Shown one piece after another: positions 1 to 12,199 of a DNA stretch of 64,000 nucleotides (position 1 is the first letter of the stretch; each line of letters starts with the position of its first letter). This DNA is from Anaeromyxobacteraceae bacterium (GTDB lineage: Bacteria > Myxococcota > Myxococcia > Myxococcales > Anaeromyxobacteraceae), in the NCBI GenBank assembly GCA_047602405.1, contig JASGHJ010000002.1, positions 1,664,001 to 1,728,000 on the forward strand, written 5' to 3'. Below the pieces are notes generated by a model that ran no database searches, was not told the DNA's origin, and worked only from the letters and a program-made list of their open reading frames with translations. The translations under genes were made by a program, and so were the position numbers.

Positions 1-703
<703 letters not shown>

Positions 704-711
704 GCTGCCTT

Positions 712-773
712 CCCGGGCCTTCGGCAGCCCCCGCCCCCGGAGCGGCGCTCCGGGGGCCTCACCCCCGGCAGCA
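712..773 (+). repeat. Structured intergenic repeat, copy 1 (REP-like or cis-regulatory RNA candidate)
   Basis: ccggg..cccccgcccc-[hairpin]-ggggcctcacccccggcagca; similar to 29555-29619 and 42413-42487 (minus). Confidence 0.55.
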
Positions 774-783
774 GGAGATCCCC

Positions 784-1944
<1,161 letters not shown>

Positions 1945-1957
1945 GGGAGGGACGACC

Positions 1958-2995
1958 TTGAGCATCCTCGTCGACAAGAAGACCCGCGTCGTCGTCCAGG
2001 GCATCACCGGCTCCGCCGGCTCCTTCCACACGGAGCAGATGCTCGCCTACGGCACGAACGTCGTCGCCGGCGTCACGCCCGGCCGCGGCGGCACCCGGTT
2101 CGCCGACAGGGTCCCGATCTTCGACTCGGTCCGGGACGCCGTGAAGGCGACGAAGGCCAACGCCTCCGCGATCTTCGTGCCCCCGCCCTTCGCGGCGGAC
2201 GCGATCATCGAGGCGGCCGAGGCGGGCGTCGCGCTCGTCGTGGTCATCACCGAGGGCATCCCGGTGATGGACATGGTGCGGGTGCGCCGCTACCTCGAGA
2301 CGAAGCCCGACACCCGCGTGCTCGGGCCGAACTGCCCGGGCGTCATCACCCCCGGGCAGTGCAAGATCGGCATCATGCCCGGCCACGTCCACAAGGCCGG
2401 CCGGGTGGGCGTCGTCTCCCGCTCCGGCACGCTCACCTACGAGGCGGTGAAGCAGCTCACCGACCTCGGCATCGGCCAGTCGACCGCGGTCGGCATCGGC
2501 GGCGACCCCGTGCACGGCACGGACTTCGTCGACGTGCTGAAGCAGTTCGAGGCCGATCCGGACACCGACGCCATCATCATGATCGGCGAGATCGGCGGGG
2601 CCGAGGAGGAGCGCGGCGCGGCCTGGCTGCGCGACCACGGCACGAAGCCGGTCGTCGGCTTCATCGCCGGCCGCACGGCGCCCCCCGGGCGCCGCATGGG
2701 CCACGCCGGCGCGGTCGTGTCGGGCGGCAGCGGCACGGCCGAGGCGAAGATCGAGGCCATGAAGGAGGCGGGCGTCGTCGTGGTCGACGGTCCCCACCAG
2801 CTCGGCCGGGCCATGAAGGCCGCCCTCGCCGCCCGGAAGGGCAAGAAGGCGGCGGCCGGCAAGGCGGCCGTGAAGAAGCAGCAGCCCGCGAAGAAGGCCC
2901 GCGGCGGCAAGCCCGCCGCGAAGAAGAAGTCCCTCACGAAGAGCAAGGCGGCCGCCAAGCGGCCCATGAAGAAGGCGGCCAGGGGCCGCCGCTGA
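1958..2995 (+). CDS. sucD: Succinyl-CoA ligase alpha subunit with a Lys/Ala-rich C-terminal extension
   Basis: [31 protein letters not shown] (phospho-His motif). Confidence 0.97.
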   Translation: MSILVDKKTRVVVQGITGSAGSFHTEQMLAYGTNVVAGVTPGRGGTRFADRVPIFDSVRDAVKATKANASAIFVPPPFAADAIIEAAEAGVALVVVITEGIPVMDMVRVRRYLETKPDTRVLGPNCPGVITPGQCKIGIMPGHVHKAGRVGVVSRSGTLTYEAVKQLTDLGIGQSTAVGIGGDPVHGTDFVDVLKQFEADPDTDAIIMIGEIGGAEEERGAAWLRDHGTKPVVGFIAGRTAPPGRRMGHAGAVVSGGSGTAEAKIEAMKEAGVVVVDGPHQLGRAMKAALAARKGKKAAAGKAAVKKQQPAKKARGGKPAAKKKSLTKSKAAAKRPMKKAARGRR

Positions 2996-3012
2996 AAGAG
3001 AGAAGAGACGAA

Positions 3013-3456
3013 ATGGCGATCGAGCGCACCCTGTCCATCGTGAAGCCCGACGGCGTCCAGAAGGGCGTCGTGGGGCAGGTCATCAGCCGCTTCCTCAACG
3101 CGGGCCTCAAGCCCGTCGCGATGAAGATGAAGTGGCTCTCGCAGCAGGAGGCGGAGGGCTTCTACGCCGTCCACCGGGCCCGGCCGTTCTTCGGCGACCT
3201 CGTGAAGTTCATGACGAGCGGCCCGGTGGTCCTCATGGTCCTCGAGGGCGAGAACGCCATCGCGAAGAACCGCGAGGTGATGGGCGCCACCGACCCGAAG
3301 AAGGCGGCCGACGGCACCATCCGCAAGGACTTCGCGACCGACATCGAGAAGAACACGGTCCACGGCTCCGACGCGCCCGAGACCGCGAAGGTCGAGATCT
3401 CGTACTTCTTCGCCGAGATCGAGATCCAGAAGTACGAGCTGTCGCCCAAGAAGTAG
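3013..3456 (+). CDS. ndk: Nucleoside diphosphate kinase
   Basis: [29 protein letters not shown] catalytic His. Confidence 0.97.
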   Translation: MAIERTLSIVKPDGVQKGVVGQVISRFLNAGLKPVAMKMKWLSQQEAEGFYAVHRARPFFGDLVKFMTSGPVVLMVLEGENAIAKNREVMGATDPKKAADGTIRKDFATDIEKNTVHGSDAPETAKVEISYFFAEIEIQKYELSPKK

Positions 3457-3518
3457 CAGCAGTTCCGGCACCTTGGCCGCCCGCGGGCGGGCCGGGCGCC
3501 GCCCTGCTAGAATCCTCG

Positions 3519-3560
3519 GATCGCCCGTCCCGGAAGCGGGGCGGGCGATTCGTGTTTTTC
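3519..3560 (+). terminator. Rho-independent terminator after mdh-sucCD-ndk
   Basis: GATCGCCCGTCCCG-GAAG-CGGGGCGGGCGATT stem-loop followed by GTGTTTTT. Confidence 0.75.
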
Positions 3561-3614
3561 GAACCGAAGCGTGCGGGAGAGAGGAGCCTCGAGCTGGAGC
3601 CGGTGTTCGGAGCG

Positions 3615-4980
3615 GTGGCGATCTGGAAGTGGGTGCTCGCGGGCGGGTTCGTCGTGGGCTCCGCGTTCTGCTCGGGCACGGAGACGGCGCTCACCGCGCT
3701 CGGCGACAACCGCGCCCGCCAGCTGCGCGCCTCGGGGACCCGCGGCGCCCAGCGGCTCGCCCTGTGGGTCGACCACCCGGAGCGCGTCCTCTCGACCCTG
3801 CTCATCGGCAACACGCTCCTCAACGTCGGCGCGGGCGCGCTCGCGGGCGCGATCGCCGACGACCTCGCCCACACGGCGGGCTGGAGCGAGGGCTCCACGG
3901 TGGCGGCGGTCACCGCCGCGGTGACGCTCGCCGTGCTGTTCCTCGGGGAGATCGTCCCGAAGACCTTCGCGAAGCGGCACCCGGTCTCGACCTCCATGTC
4001 GGTGCTGCCGTGGGTGGTCGGCCTCACCTACGTCATGTGGCCGGTCACCTCCGCGGTGGGCTGGCTCACCCGGCACGTGGTGAGCGTGCTCGGCCCGAAG
4101 GACGGCGGGCCGGCGGTGACGAGCGAGGAGATCGAGTACCTCATCGAGGTCGGGACGCGCGAGGGTGTGCTCGACGAGGTGAAGGAGGAGCTCCTCAACA
4201 GCGTGCTCGAGTTCGCGGACCGGGTGGTGAAGGAGATCATGGTCCCGCGCACCCGCATGGTCGCGCTCGACCTCGAGGCCACGCCGGAGGAGCTCGTCCG
4301 CGTCGTCACCGAGAACCCCTACAGCCGCATGCCGGTGTTCCACGGCTCGGTCGACGAGAATCGTCGGCATCCTGCTCGTGCGCGAGATCATCCAGGACGT
4401 GAAGGGGCCCCCGCAGAAGCCGTTCGATCTGCGGCGCCGGATGAAGCCCGTCTACTTCGTGCCCGAGACCATGAAGATCTCCCGGCTCCTGAAGGAGATG
4501 CAGCGCCGCAAGACCCACCTCGCGGTGGTCGTCGACGAGTTCGGCGGCACGAGCGGGCTCGTCACCCTCGAGGACGTGCTCGAGGAGATCGTGGGCGAGA
4601 TCCAGGACGAGGCCGACGCCGAGGCCTCGCTCTTCAGGGCCATCGGCCCCGGCACCTGGCTCGCCGAGGCCGCCGTGCCGCTGCACGACCTCGAGACATG
4701 GCTGGAGGAGCGGCTCGCCGAGGGGCTCCCCGACGACGCGCCGCGCCCGGACATCACCTTCCCGGACGCCGACTACGAGACCCTCGGCGGCTTCGTGACC
4801 GCGCGGGCGGGGAGGGTGCCGGCGGTGGGGGCGGTCGTGGCCTTCGCGGGCTTCACCTTCACCGTCCGGGCCGGCGACGAGCGCCGGGTCTCCCGGGTCG
4901 AGATCGCCCGCGAGGCCACCCAGGCCCCGGGGACACCGCCCGCCGCGCCGCCGGTGGCGCCGGCGCCCCGCGCGTCCTAA
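3615..4980 (+). CDS. CNNM/HlyC-CorC family membrane protein (CNNM + CBS + CorC_HlyC); apparent +1 frameshift at about 4359
   Basis: SAFCSGTETAL, LIGNTLLN, GEIVPK, EIMVPRT, YSRMPV, VVDEFGGTSGLVTLEDVLEEIVGEI; removing one A from GAATC (4358-4362) gives DEIVGILLVREI. Confidence 0.88.
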
Positions 4981-4991
4981 GAACGGAGCCC

Positions 4992-6129
4992 GTGGAACCG
5001 CTCTCCCACGACGCGCCCCGCGACACGCGCCCGGACCTCCGGGCCCTCCCGCTCGAGCACGTTTCGGCGCTCGTCGCCGCGCTCGGCGAGAAGCCCTTCC
5101 GGGCCCGTCAGCTCTTCCGCTGGCTCCACCAGAAGGGCGCGGCCTCGCTCGACGAGATGAGCGACCTGTCGGCCGCGTTCCGCGCGGCGCTCGCGGAGCA
5201 GGCGACGCTCACCACCCTCGAGCGCGCGACCGAGCAGCGCTCGACCGACGGCACCATCAAGTGGACCTGGCGCACCCACGACGGGCGGCTCGTCGAGTCG
5301 GTCTACATGCCGGAGGAGGACCGCCGGACCCTCTGCGTGTCCTCCCAGGTGGGCTGCGCGGTCGGCTGCACGTTCTGCATGACCGGCACCATGGGGCTCG
5401 CCCGCAACCTGACGGCAGGCGAGATCGTCGATCAGAATCCACCGGGCCAACCGGCGGATCATCGAGCTCGGGCTGCAGCCCGGCCCCCGCCCGCTCACGA
5501 ACCTCGTGTTCATGGGCATGGGCGAGCCCCTCGCGAACTACAAGCACCTGAAGCTCGCGCTCGACCTCCTGCTGCACGAGGACGGGCCGAACTTCTCGCA
5601 CCGCCACGTCACGGTCTCGACCTCGGGGCTCGTGCCCATGATCGCGAAGCTCGGGGCGGAGACGCCGGTCAAGCTCGCCATCTCGCTCAACGCGACCACC
5701 GACCGCGTGCGGGACGAGATCATGCCGATCAACAAGCGGTTCCCGCTCGCGGAGCTGCTGGCGGCCTGCCGGGCCTTCCCGGTGAAGCAGGGCCGCCGGA
5801 TCACCTTCGAGTACGTGCTGCTCGCCGGGGTGAACGACTCGACCGAGGACGCCGAGCGGCTCTGGCGGCTCCTCAAGGGCATCCCGGCCAAGGTGAACCT
5901 CATCCCGTACAACGCGAACCCCGGGCTGCCGTTCCAGGCGCCCGCGCCGGAGCGGGTGGCCGCCTTCCAGGAGCTGCTCGCCGCCCGCAACGTGACCGCG
6001 GTCGTCCGCAAGAACCGCGGCCGCGACATCGCGGCGGCCTGCGGCCAGCTCGCCGCGGAGGGCGGGCCGGGCGATCCCCGGCGCGCCCGGGCGGCCGCGA
6101 GTTTGACCCCGCCGGGCGGGGCGGGGTAG
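4992..6129 (+). CDS. rlmN: 23S rRNA/tRNA m2A methyltransferase RlmN (radical SAM); apparent +1 frameshift at about 5436
   Basis: CVSSQVGCAVGCTFC (CxxxCxxC), FMGMGEP, ITFEYVLL, NLIPYN, DIAAACGQL; removing one A from GAATC (5435-5439) joins the frames as DQIHRANR. Confidence 0.93.
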
Positions 6130-6140
6130 ACCGCTCCCCC

Positions 6141-7070
6141 ATGTCCCTCCTCGCGGTCGGCTCGGTCGCCCTCGACTCCCTCGAGACCCCCTTCGGCAAG
6201 CGCGACGACGTGCTCGGCGGGTCCGCCTGCTACTTCTCGACCTGCGCGAGCTTCTTCACGAAGCCCAGGCTCGTGGCGGTGGTGGGCGAGGACTTCCCCG
6301 ACGCGCACGTCCAGTTCCTGCGCTCGCGCGGCATCGACCTCGGCGGCCTCGAGCGCCGGCCCGGCCGCACCTTCCGCTGGAAGGGGCGCTACGAGTTCGA
6401 CCTCAACACCGCGCACACGCTCGACACCCAGCTGAACGTGTTCGCGGACTTCCAGCCGAAGCTCCCCGAGGCGTTCCGGGACTCGGAGTACGTCTTCCTC
6501 GGCAACATCGACCCGGAGCTGCAGCGGGCGGTGCTCGATCAGGTCCGCGCGCCGCGCTTCGTCGCCGCGGACACAATGAACTTCTGGATCGACTCGCGCC
6601 GCGACGCGCTCATGAAGACGCTGAAGCGCATCGACCTGCTCTTCGTGAACGACGCCGAGGCCCGCCAGCTCGCCGACGAGGTGAACGTGGTGCGCGCGGC
6701 GAAGAAGATCCTCTCGTTCGGCCCGCGGGCGGTGGTGGTGAAGCGGGGCGAGTACGGCTCGCTGTTCTTCTCCGGCGACGAGACGTTCGCGGCCTCGGCG
6801 TACCCCCTCCAGGCCGTGTTCGATCCGACCGGGGCGGGCGACTCCTTCGCGGGCGGCTTCATGGGCTACGTCGCGAGCCAGCGCCGGGAGGACCGGGCGA
6901 CCCTCCGCCGGGCCATCGTGCTGGGGAGCGTGCTGGCGAGCTTCACCGTCGAGCAGTTCTCGCTGGAGCGGCTGAAGACGCTCACCCCGGACGAGATCAA
7001 GGCCCGCTTCGGCGAGGCGAAGCAGCTCGCCCACTTCGACGACCTCGAGGTCGATCTCTTCGAGCGGTAA
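6141..7070 (+). CDS. PfkB-family carbohydrate/nucleoside kinase
   Basis: VGSVALDS, LGGSA, VVKRGEYG, DPTGAGDSFAGG PfkB signature. Confidence 0.9.
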   Translation: MSLLAVGSVALDSLETPFGKRDDVLGGSACYFSTCASFFTKPRLVAVVGEDFPDAHVQFLRSRGIDLGGLERRPGRTFRWKGRYEFDLNTAHTLDTQLNVFADFQPKLPEAFRDSEYVFLGNIDPELQRAVLDQVRAPRFVAADTMNFWIDSRRDALMKTLKRIDLLFVNDAEARQLADEVNVVRAAKKILSFGPRAVVVKRGEYGSLFFSGDETFAASAYPLQAVFDPTGAGDSFAGGFMGYVASQRREDRATLRRAIVLGSVLASFTVEQFSLERLKTLTPDEIKARFGEAKQLAHFDDLEVDLFER

Positions 7071-7124
7071 GTTGACGCTCCCGGAGGCGCCCGGCTATCG
7101 TCCCGGTGCGCCTCACGCGCCACC

Positions 7125-7859
7125 ATGCGCATCGGGATCATCTCGGACGTCCACAGCAACCTCGAGGCGCTCACCGCCGTCATCGGCGTGCTCGAGCGGC
7201 TCAAGCCCGACCGGGTCATGTGCCTGGGGGACGTCATCGGCTACGGCGCGAGCGTGAACGAGTGCTGCGCGCTCGTCCGCAAGCACGCCGAGGTGACCCT
7301 GCTCGGGAACCACGACGCCGCGGTCGCCGGGCGGATGGACTACAGCTTCTACTACGACGCCGCCCGCCACGCGCTCGACTGGACCGCCTCCCGCATCGAG
7401 CCCGACCACCTCGAGTGGCTGCGGACGCTCCCCTACGGGCACCGGATCGACACCGTCGGCTTCACGCACGGGAACCCGGTGGACCCCGAGGCGTACGCCT
7501 ACGTGTTCGCGCTCGAGCAGGCCCGCGAGCTGTTGCCGCACTTCGGGGCCCTCGCCGACGTGAACTTCATCGGCCACTCCCACCTCTGCAAGGCGTTCGC
7601 GCTCGACCAGAAGGGCGACGTGACCGAGGTGGTCGCGACGCGCTTCGGGCTGCGCCGCGGCTACAAGTACGTCATCTCGGTGGGCTCGGTGGGCCAGCCC
7701 CGCGACTGCGACAACCGCGCGTGCTTCGTGCTCTACGACTCCGACGAGCGGATCGTCGAGTACCACCGCGTGCCGTACGACATCGAGGCCTCCGCGCAGA
7801 AGATCTTCGACGCGGACCTCGCGCTCAACTTCGGCAAGCGCCTCTTCCTGGGCGTCTGA
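7125..7859 (+). CDS. Calcineurin-like metallophosphoesterase
   Basis: SDVHSN, LGDVIGYG, GNHD, THG, GHSH, GSVGQPRD. Confidence 0.9.
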   Translation: MRIGIISDVHSNLEALTAVIGVLERLKPDRVMCLGDVIGYGASVNECCALVRKHAEVTLLGNHDAAVAGRMDYSFYYDAARHALDWTASRIEPDHLEWLRTLPYGHRIDTVGFTHGNPVDPEAYAYVFALEQARELLPHFGALADVNFIGHSHLCKAFALDQKGDVTEVVATRFGLRRGYKYVISVGSVGQPRDCDNRACFVLYDSDERIVEYHRVPYDIEASAQKIFDADLALNFGKRLFLGV

Positions 7860-7862
7860 CCC

Positions 7863-10148
7863 CTACACCACGCTGAGGTGCGTCGCGAGCCGGTAGCCGG
7901 CCGCGCGGCCGTCGGCGTCGAGCGCCACCACCGAGAGCGCGCCGTCCGCGACGAGGCGCGCGGGGGCGAGGCCGGGGAGGGCGCCGAGCGGCTCGCCGGT
8001 CGCCGCCGACAGGACCGCGATGCCCTCGCCGGGCGCGAGCACCGTGCCCCGGACCACCACCGGCGCCACCGAGGGCGGCGCGTGGCCGCCGGGGGCGCCG
8101 GCGCGCGACCAGCGCGGGCGCCCGTCGCGCCCCAGCGCCACGAGGGCGCCGTCCGGTCCGCGGGCGAGGAGGAGGTTGCCCGCGGGCGCGAGGGTGGGTG
8201 CGCCGGCGAGGGCGGGCGAGTCCACCCACTCCGGGGCGCCTGCGGCCGTGAGGACCGCGACCATGGCGTCGCCCGCGTGGCCGCCCGCGATGGCGATGCG
8301 GCGTCCCCACCCCACCGGCGCCGACGCCGGGGCGAAGTCGAGCGGGGCCTCCCAGAGCCGCCGGCCGCGTCCCTCCTCGAGCGCGAGGACGGCCCCGCCG
8401 GCCGGGGCCGAGCAGGTGGCGAGCCAGGCGCCCATCCAGGCGACGCAGGGCCGGAGGACCGGCCCCGGGCCGAGGACCCGGAACGCGACCCGGCCGCCGG
8501 CGTCGAGGCCGTAGAGGAAGCCGGTGTCGGCGCCCGCGACGACGAGCGGCCCGAGCGCGGCGGCGTGCAGCCGGTGCGCCCCGGGGGCCTCGAAGCGCCA
8601 GCGCACCTCGCCCGTCGCGGCGTCGAGCGCGAGGAGCCCCTCCGGGGCGACGACCACGAGCGGCCCGCCCTCCGGCGCGAGCACCGCCGCCGGGCGCGCG
8701 TCCAGCCGCGCCTCGAGGCGGAGCACCCCGGTCGCGAGGTCGTGCACGGCGAGCAGGTCCCCGCGCGCGGCGGCGACGCCGCCGGGCACGGCCCAGGCCC
8801 CGTCCGCGCCCTCGACCGACCATGCGACGGTGCCCCGGGACCGGTCCACCGCGGCGACGCGCGCGCGCCCGGCCACGATCAGGCGCCGCGCGCTCCCGGG
8901 GCCGCGCGCGGCGAGGATGCCAGCGCCCGCGGGGCGGCCCACCTCGAGCGCGAACGTCCTCCGGAAGGCGAGGCGGCGGAGCCGGCCGGGGCCGAGCGCG
9001 CGCTGGGGCACGCCGCGCGGCGGCGGCGCGCCGCCCGGTGGCTCGCCGCCGGGCCCAACCGCCTCGACGTCGCCGCGGCCGAGCTCGTCGGCCTGCGCGA
9101 GGCGATCGGCGGCGGCGTTCTCGAGCTCGGCGAGCTGGCCGTTCTCGGCCTGGCGCGGGTTCTGCCGGCGCGCGTGGCGGGCGAAGCCGGACGCCGCCTC
9201 GGCGATGGCGCGCACGAGCTCGAGCGGCGGACAGGGCGAGGCGGCCTTGCCCGGGGGGCGGGCGGTCCCGGTCGCGAGATCGAAGCCCAGGGAGGCGGGC
9301 CCACCGCCGCGCGGGAGCGCGAGCTCGGCCGCGGTGGCCCGGGCGCGCACGGCCGCGAGGAGCCGCGTCGACGCCGCGCCGAGATCGCGGAGCGCGAGGA
9401 ACGGCATCCCGGTCCACGCGGCGAGCGGGGTCCCGTCCGCGGCGGTGAGGCTCACGCGGCCCGGGGCGAGCAAGGACCCGAGGTCGGGCCGGCCGCCCTC
9501 GTAGGCGAGCACGAGGCCCTCGTCGTCGTGCAGCTCGACCCGGCAGTGCGGTCGGCCGGGGGAGGGCGGCGGGGAGGGTTCGGCGACGCCGGGTGCGGCC
9601 TGCGCCGCTCCCCCGGGCCGCGCGCGCGCCGCCCGCGGAGGGCCCGGCTGCGCGGCGCCGGGTCCGGCCCGGCGCAGGTCCCGGGCGGCGGCCCGGAGCG
9701 CGCGCCCTCCCGGGCCGGACGCCGCGGGCGCGAGGGCGGCGAGGTCGCGGAGGAAGTCCGCCGAGGCCTCGAGCGCCGCGGCGGCGAGCTCCTCGAGCTC
9801 CACGGCGACGTCCCGGGCGAGCACGCGGGAGGGCACGGCGAGCTCGACGACGGTCAGGAGCGCCTCGGCGCCCCGGCGGCGCAGGACGACCTCGAGCGCC
9901 CCGTCCCGGAACGGCACGGTCGCGACCGGGGCACCTCCCACGACGGCGCCGACGGCCCGGAGCAGCCCCTCGAGCGCGGGCAGGAGCTCCGCCTCGGCCC
10001 GTCCGCCGGCGATGTCGAACCCGTCGACCTCGATGGCGAGGGCGTCCACGACCGCCCGCGCCGCGAGGGCGCCGGCCCCACCCCCTCGGAGGGACTCCCG
10101 CAGGCGGGGGTCATGGCGCCAGGCCTGGCCGGTGCGGATCCGGATCAC
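7863..10148 (-). CDS. Protein with C-terminal PQQ-like beta-propeller repeats
   Basis: Repeated LLALDAATGEVRW / LYGLDAGGRVAF / LVALGRDGRPRW blades; start uncertain. Confidence 0.7.
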   Translation of the reverse strand: MIRIRTGQAWRHDPRLRESLRGGGAGALAARAVVDALAIEVDGFDIAGGRAEAELLPALEGLLRAVGAVVGGAPVATVPFRDGALEVVLRRRGAEALLTVVELAVPSRVLARDVAVELEELAAAALEASADFLRDLAALAPAASGPGGRALRAAARDLRRAGPGAAQPGPPRAARARPGGAAQAAPGVAEPSPPPSPGRPHCRVELHDDEGLVLAYEGGRPDLGSLLAPGRVSLTAADGTPLAAWTGMPFLALRDLGAASTRLLAAVRARATAAELALPRGGGPASLGFDLATGTARPPGKAASPCPPLELVRAIAEAASGFARHARRQNPRQAENGQLAELENAAADRLAQADELGRGDVEAVGPGGEPPGGAPPPRGVPQRALGPGRLRRLAFRRTFALEVGRPAGAGILAARGPGSARRLIVAGRARVAAVDRSRGTVAWSVEGADGAWAVPGGVAAARGDLLAVHDLATGVLRLEARLDARPAAVLAPEGGPLVVVAPEGLLALDAATGEVRWRFEAPGAHRLHAAALGPLVVAGADTGFLYGLDAGGRVAFRVLGPGPVLRPCVAWMGAWLATCSAPAGGAVLALEEGRGRRLWEAPLDFAPASAPVGWGRRIAIAGGHAGDAMVAVLTAAGAPEWVDSPALAGAPTLAPAGNLLLARGPDGALVALGRDGRPRWSRAGAPGGHAPPSVAPVVVRGTVLAPGEGIAVLSAATGEPLGALPGLAPARLVADGALSVVALDADGRAAGYRLATHLSVV

Positions 10149-10350
10149 GAGATCCTCAACATCACCGCGAAATCATGAGGATTCAACCTTGACTGCCAGG
10201 GGGGCGGGCATGAAGATGGCTGCACCGGTGCGTGCGCGCGAACCCTCGCGCGCCGCGGGCCCCAGGCAGACAACCCTGGGACCGCCGGGAGCGCTCGACG
10301 CCCCCTCCGTTGCACCGGGCTCTTTCCCCCACCTTCCCAGGTTTGAACTC

Positions 10351-12192
10351 ATGACCTTCACGGAAGCCGCCCTGGAAGTCCTGCGGCGCGAAGGCAAGCC
10401 CCTCCACTTCAAGAAGATCGTCGAACTGGCCATCCGCGAGAACCTCCTCGATCACGTCGGCAAGATCCCCGAGGAGACGATGGCCGACCAGCTGGTCGCC
10501 CACGCCCGCCTGCCGAAGGCGGAGCGGCGGATGCTCGCCGTCCAGCACGGCACGTTCGCGCTGACGGAGTGGGGCCTCGACGAGGACCTCGCCGGCATCG
10601 ACAACCTCGTGGAGGCGCCGGTCGAGGACCTGCCCATCCGCGGCCGCGAGCGGCACCCCATCCCGCTGCGCGACCTCTCCCGCCGGGGCGACCGGCAGGA
10701 GCAGGCGGTCGAGCACGGCAGGGAGCGCAACAAGGACCGCGGCGGGCGCCGGCGCGACGAGGACGGCCACCACGGCCGCCGCTTCCCGCCCCCGGCCGAG
10801 GTCGCGTTCGAGATCCTCGCCGGCGCCGGCCAGCCGCTCGACCTCGCGAACATCGCGGCGCAGGGCGCCGAGCGCCTCCTCATGGCGGACGCCTTCGTGC
10901 GCGACACGGGGTCGCTGCGCTCCGCGCTCCTCGAGGACAACCGCCGCCGCGAGTCGGCCGGCCGAAAGCCCCTCTTCGCCCTCGAGGGCGACACGGTCAC
11001 GCTCGCCGCCCAGCCCGAGCCCGGCGAGCGCGTGCCGCTGCCCTCGGTGGCGCGCGGCCCGCTCTCCGCCTCCGACCTGCGCCGCGGCGCGCTCGCGGCG
11101 CTGCGCCGGCGCCTGCGCGAGTGCGATCCGCCGACGGTCGAGCACGTCGCCGGCAGGCTGCTCGAGGCGCAGGGCTTCAGGGAGCTCAAGGTCGCGAAGC
11201 GCGGCCGCGAGCACGTCATCTACACCGCCCGCCGCAAGATGGGGCTCGGCGACGTGCGCCACGCCATCCGGATCCTGCGGAGCGGCGCGGAGGCGGGCCG
11301 GCGTGACATCACCGACCTGCGCCGCGACCTCGGCCACTACGGCGCGCAGATCGGCATCGTGCTGACCGCCGGCGAGGCGAACCGCGAGGCCCGCGGCGAG
11401 GCGAGCGCGGCCGGGCAGCTGCCCGTGCTGCTCGTCTGCGGCGAGGCCTTCGCCGAGGCGCTCGCCGAGGCGAACGTCGGGACGTCCCCGGTCGTCGTCC
11501 CGGAGCTCGACGAGGGCTTCTTCCGCGCGGCCGCCGAGGCCGCCGAGAAGGAGGAGGCGGCCCGGCTGGCCCGGCGCGAGGAGCGCGATCGCCGCCGCGA
11601 CGAGCGCGGCGACCGCGACGAGCGCGAGCCGCGGGGAGACCGCGAGCGCGATCGTGAGCGCAGGGAGCCGCGGGAGCCGCGCGAGCCGCGCGAGGTCCGT
11701 GAGCCGGTGCCGGTGGTGGCCGCGGCCGCGGGCGAGGGCGTGGAGGCGGAGCCGGTCGAGGCCGCCAGCGGCGAGCCCCGCACGCCGACCATCACCGTGG
11801 ACGCCTTCGTGTCCGCCCCGGGCTCCGAGGCCGCCGAGCCCGAGGGGCCGGACGACGAGGGCGACGAGGGCGACGACGACGGGCCGGACGACGGCGAGGG
11901 CGCCGAGGGCGAGGCCGGAGCGGCCGGCGCCGAGGCGAAGCCCGGCGAGCCGGGGCAGGGTGAGCGCCGCCGTCGTCGCCGGCGGCGCCGCCGCCGGGGC
12001 GGCCGTGGCCGTGGCCGCGAGGGCCAGGCCGCGACGCCGCAGGGCGAGGGCCCCGGAGCGGGGGGAGCGGGTGGAGCGGGGGGAGCGGGGGGAGCGGGGG
12101 GAGCGGGGGGAGGCACCCCCGAGGGCTCCCCCGCCACGAGCAGCCCCCCGCCCGCGAACGCGTCGGGCGGTGAGCCCCCCTCCGCGACATAA
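10351..12192 (+). CDS. HARE-HTH (x2) + degenerate Mrr-like REase-fold protein with a long charged disordered tail
   Basis: MTFTEAALEVLRREGKPLHFKKI...GTFALTEW winged HTH; second copy PAEVAFEILAGAGQPL; VEHVAGRLLEAQGF..GIVLTAG resembles Mrr_cat; poly-Arg/RGG tail. Confidence 0.7.
   Translation: MTFTEAALEVLRREGKPLHFKKIVELAIRENLLDHVGKIPEETMADQLVAHARLPKAERRMLAVQHGTFALTEWGLDEDLAGIDNLVEAPVEDLPIRGRERHPIPLRDLSRRGDRQEQAVEHGRERNKDRGGRRRDEDGHHGRRFPPPAEVAFEILAGAGQPLDLANIAAQGAERLLMADAFVRDTGSLRSALLEDNRRRESAGRKPLFALEGDTVTLAAQPEPGERVPLPSVARGPLSASDLRRGALAALRRRLRECDPPTVEHVAGRLLEAQGFRELKVAKRGREHVIYTARRKMGLGDVRHAIRILRSGAEAGRRDITDLRRDLGHYGAQIGIVLTAGEANREARGEASAAGQLPVLLVCGEAFAEALAEANVGTSPVVVPELDEGFFRAAAEAAEKEEAARLARREERDRRRDERGDRDEREPRGDRERDRERREPREPREPREVREPVPVVAAAAGEGVEAEPVEAASGEPRTPTITVDAFVSAPGSEAAEPEGPDDEGDEGDDDGPDDGEGAEGEAGAAGAEAKPGEPGQGERRRRRRRRRRRGGRGRGREGQAATPQGEGPGAGGAGGAGGAGGAGGAGGGTPEGSPATSSPPPANASGGEPPSAT
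12055..12111 (+). repeat. 9-bp tandem repeat (GGAGCGGGG)x6 encoding (GAG)n
   Basis: Read directly; one unit is GGAGCGGGT. Confidence 0.9.
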
Positions 12193-12199
12193 CGGACTC

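Noticed and set aside
3132..7070. 1312-aa ORF that looks like a CNNM-RlmN-PfkB fusion
   Set aside because: It is a chimera of three genes joined by frameshifts and stop-free GC-rich shadow frames; the intervening segments are Arg/Pro/Gly-rich nonsense.
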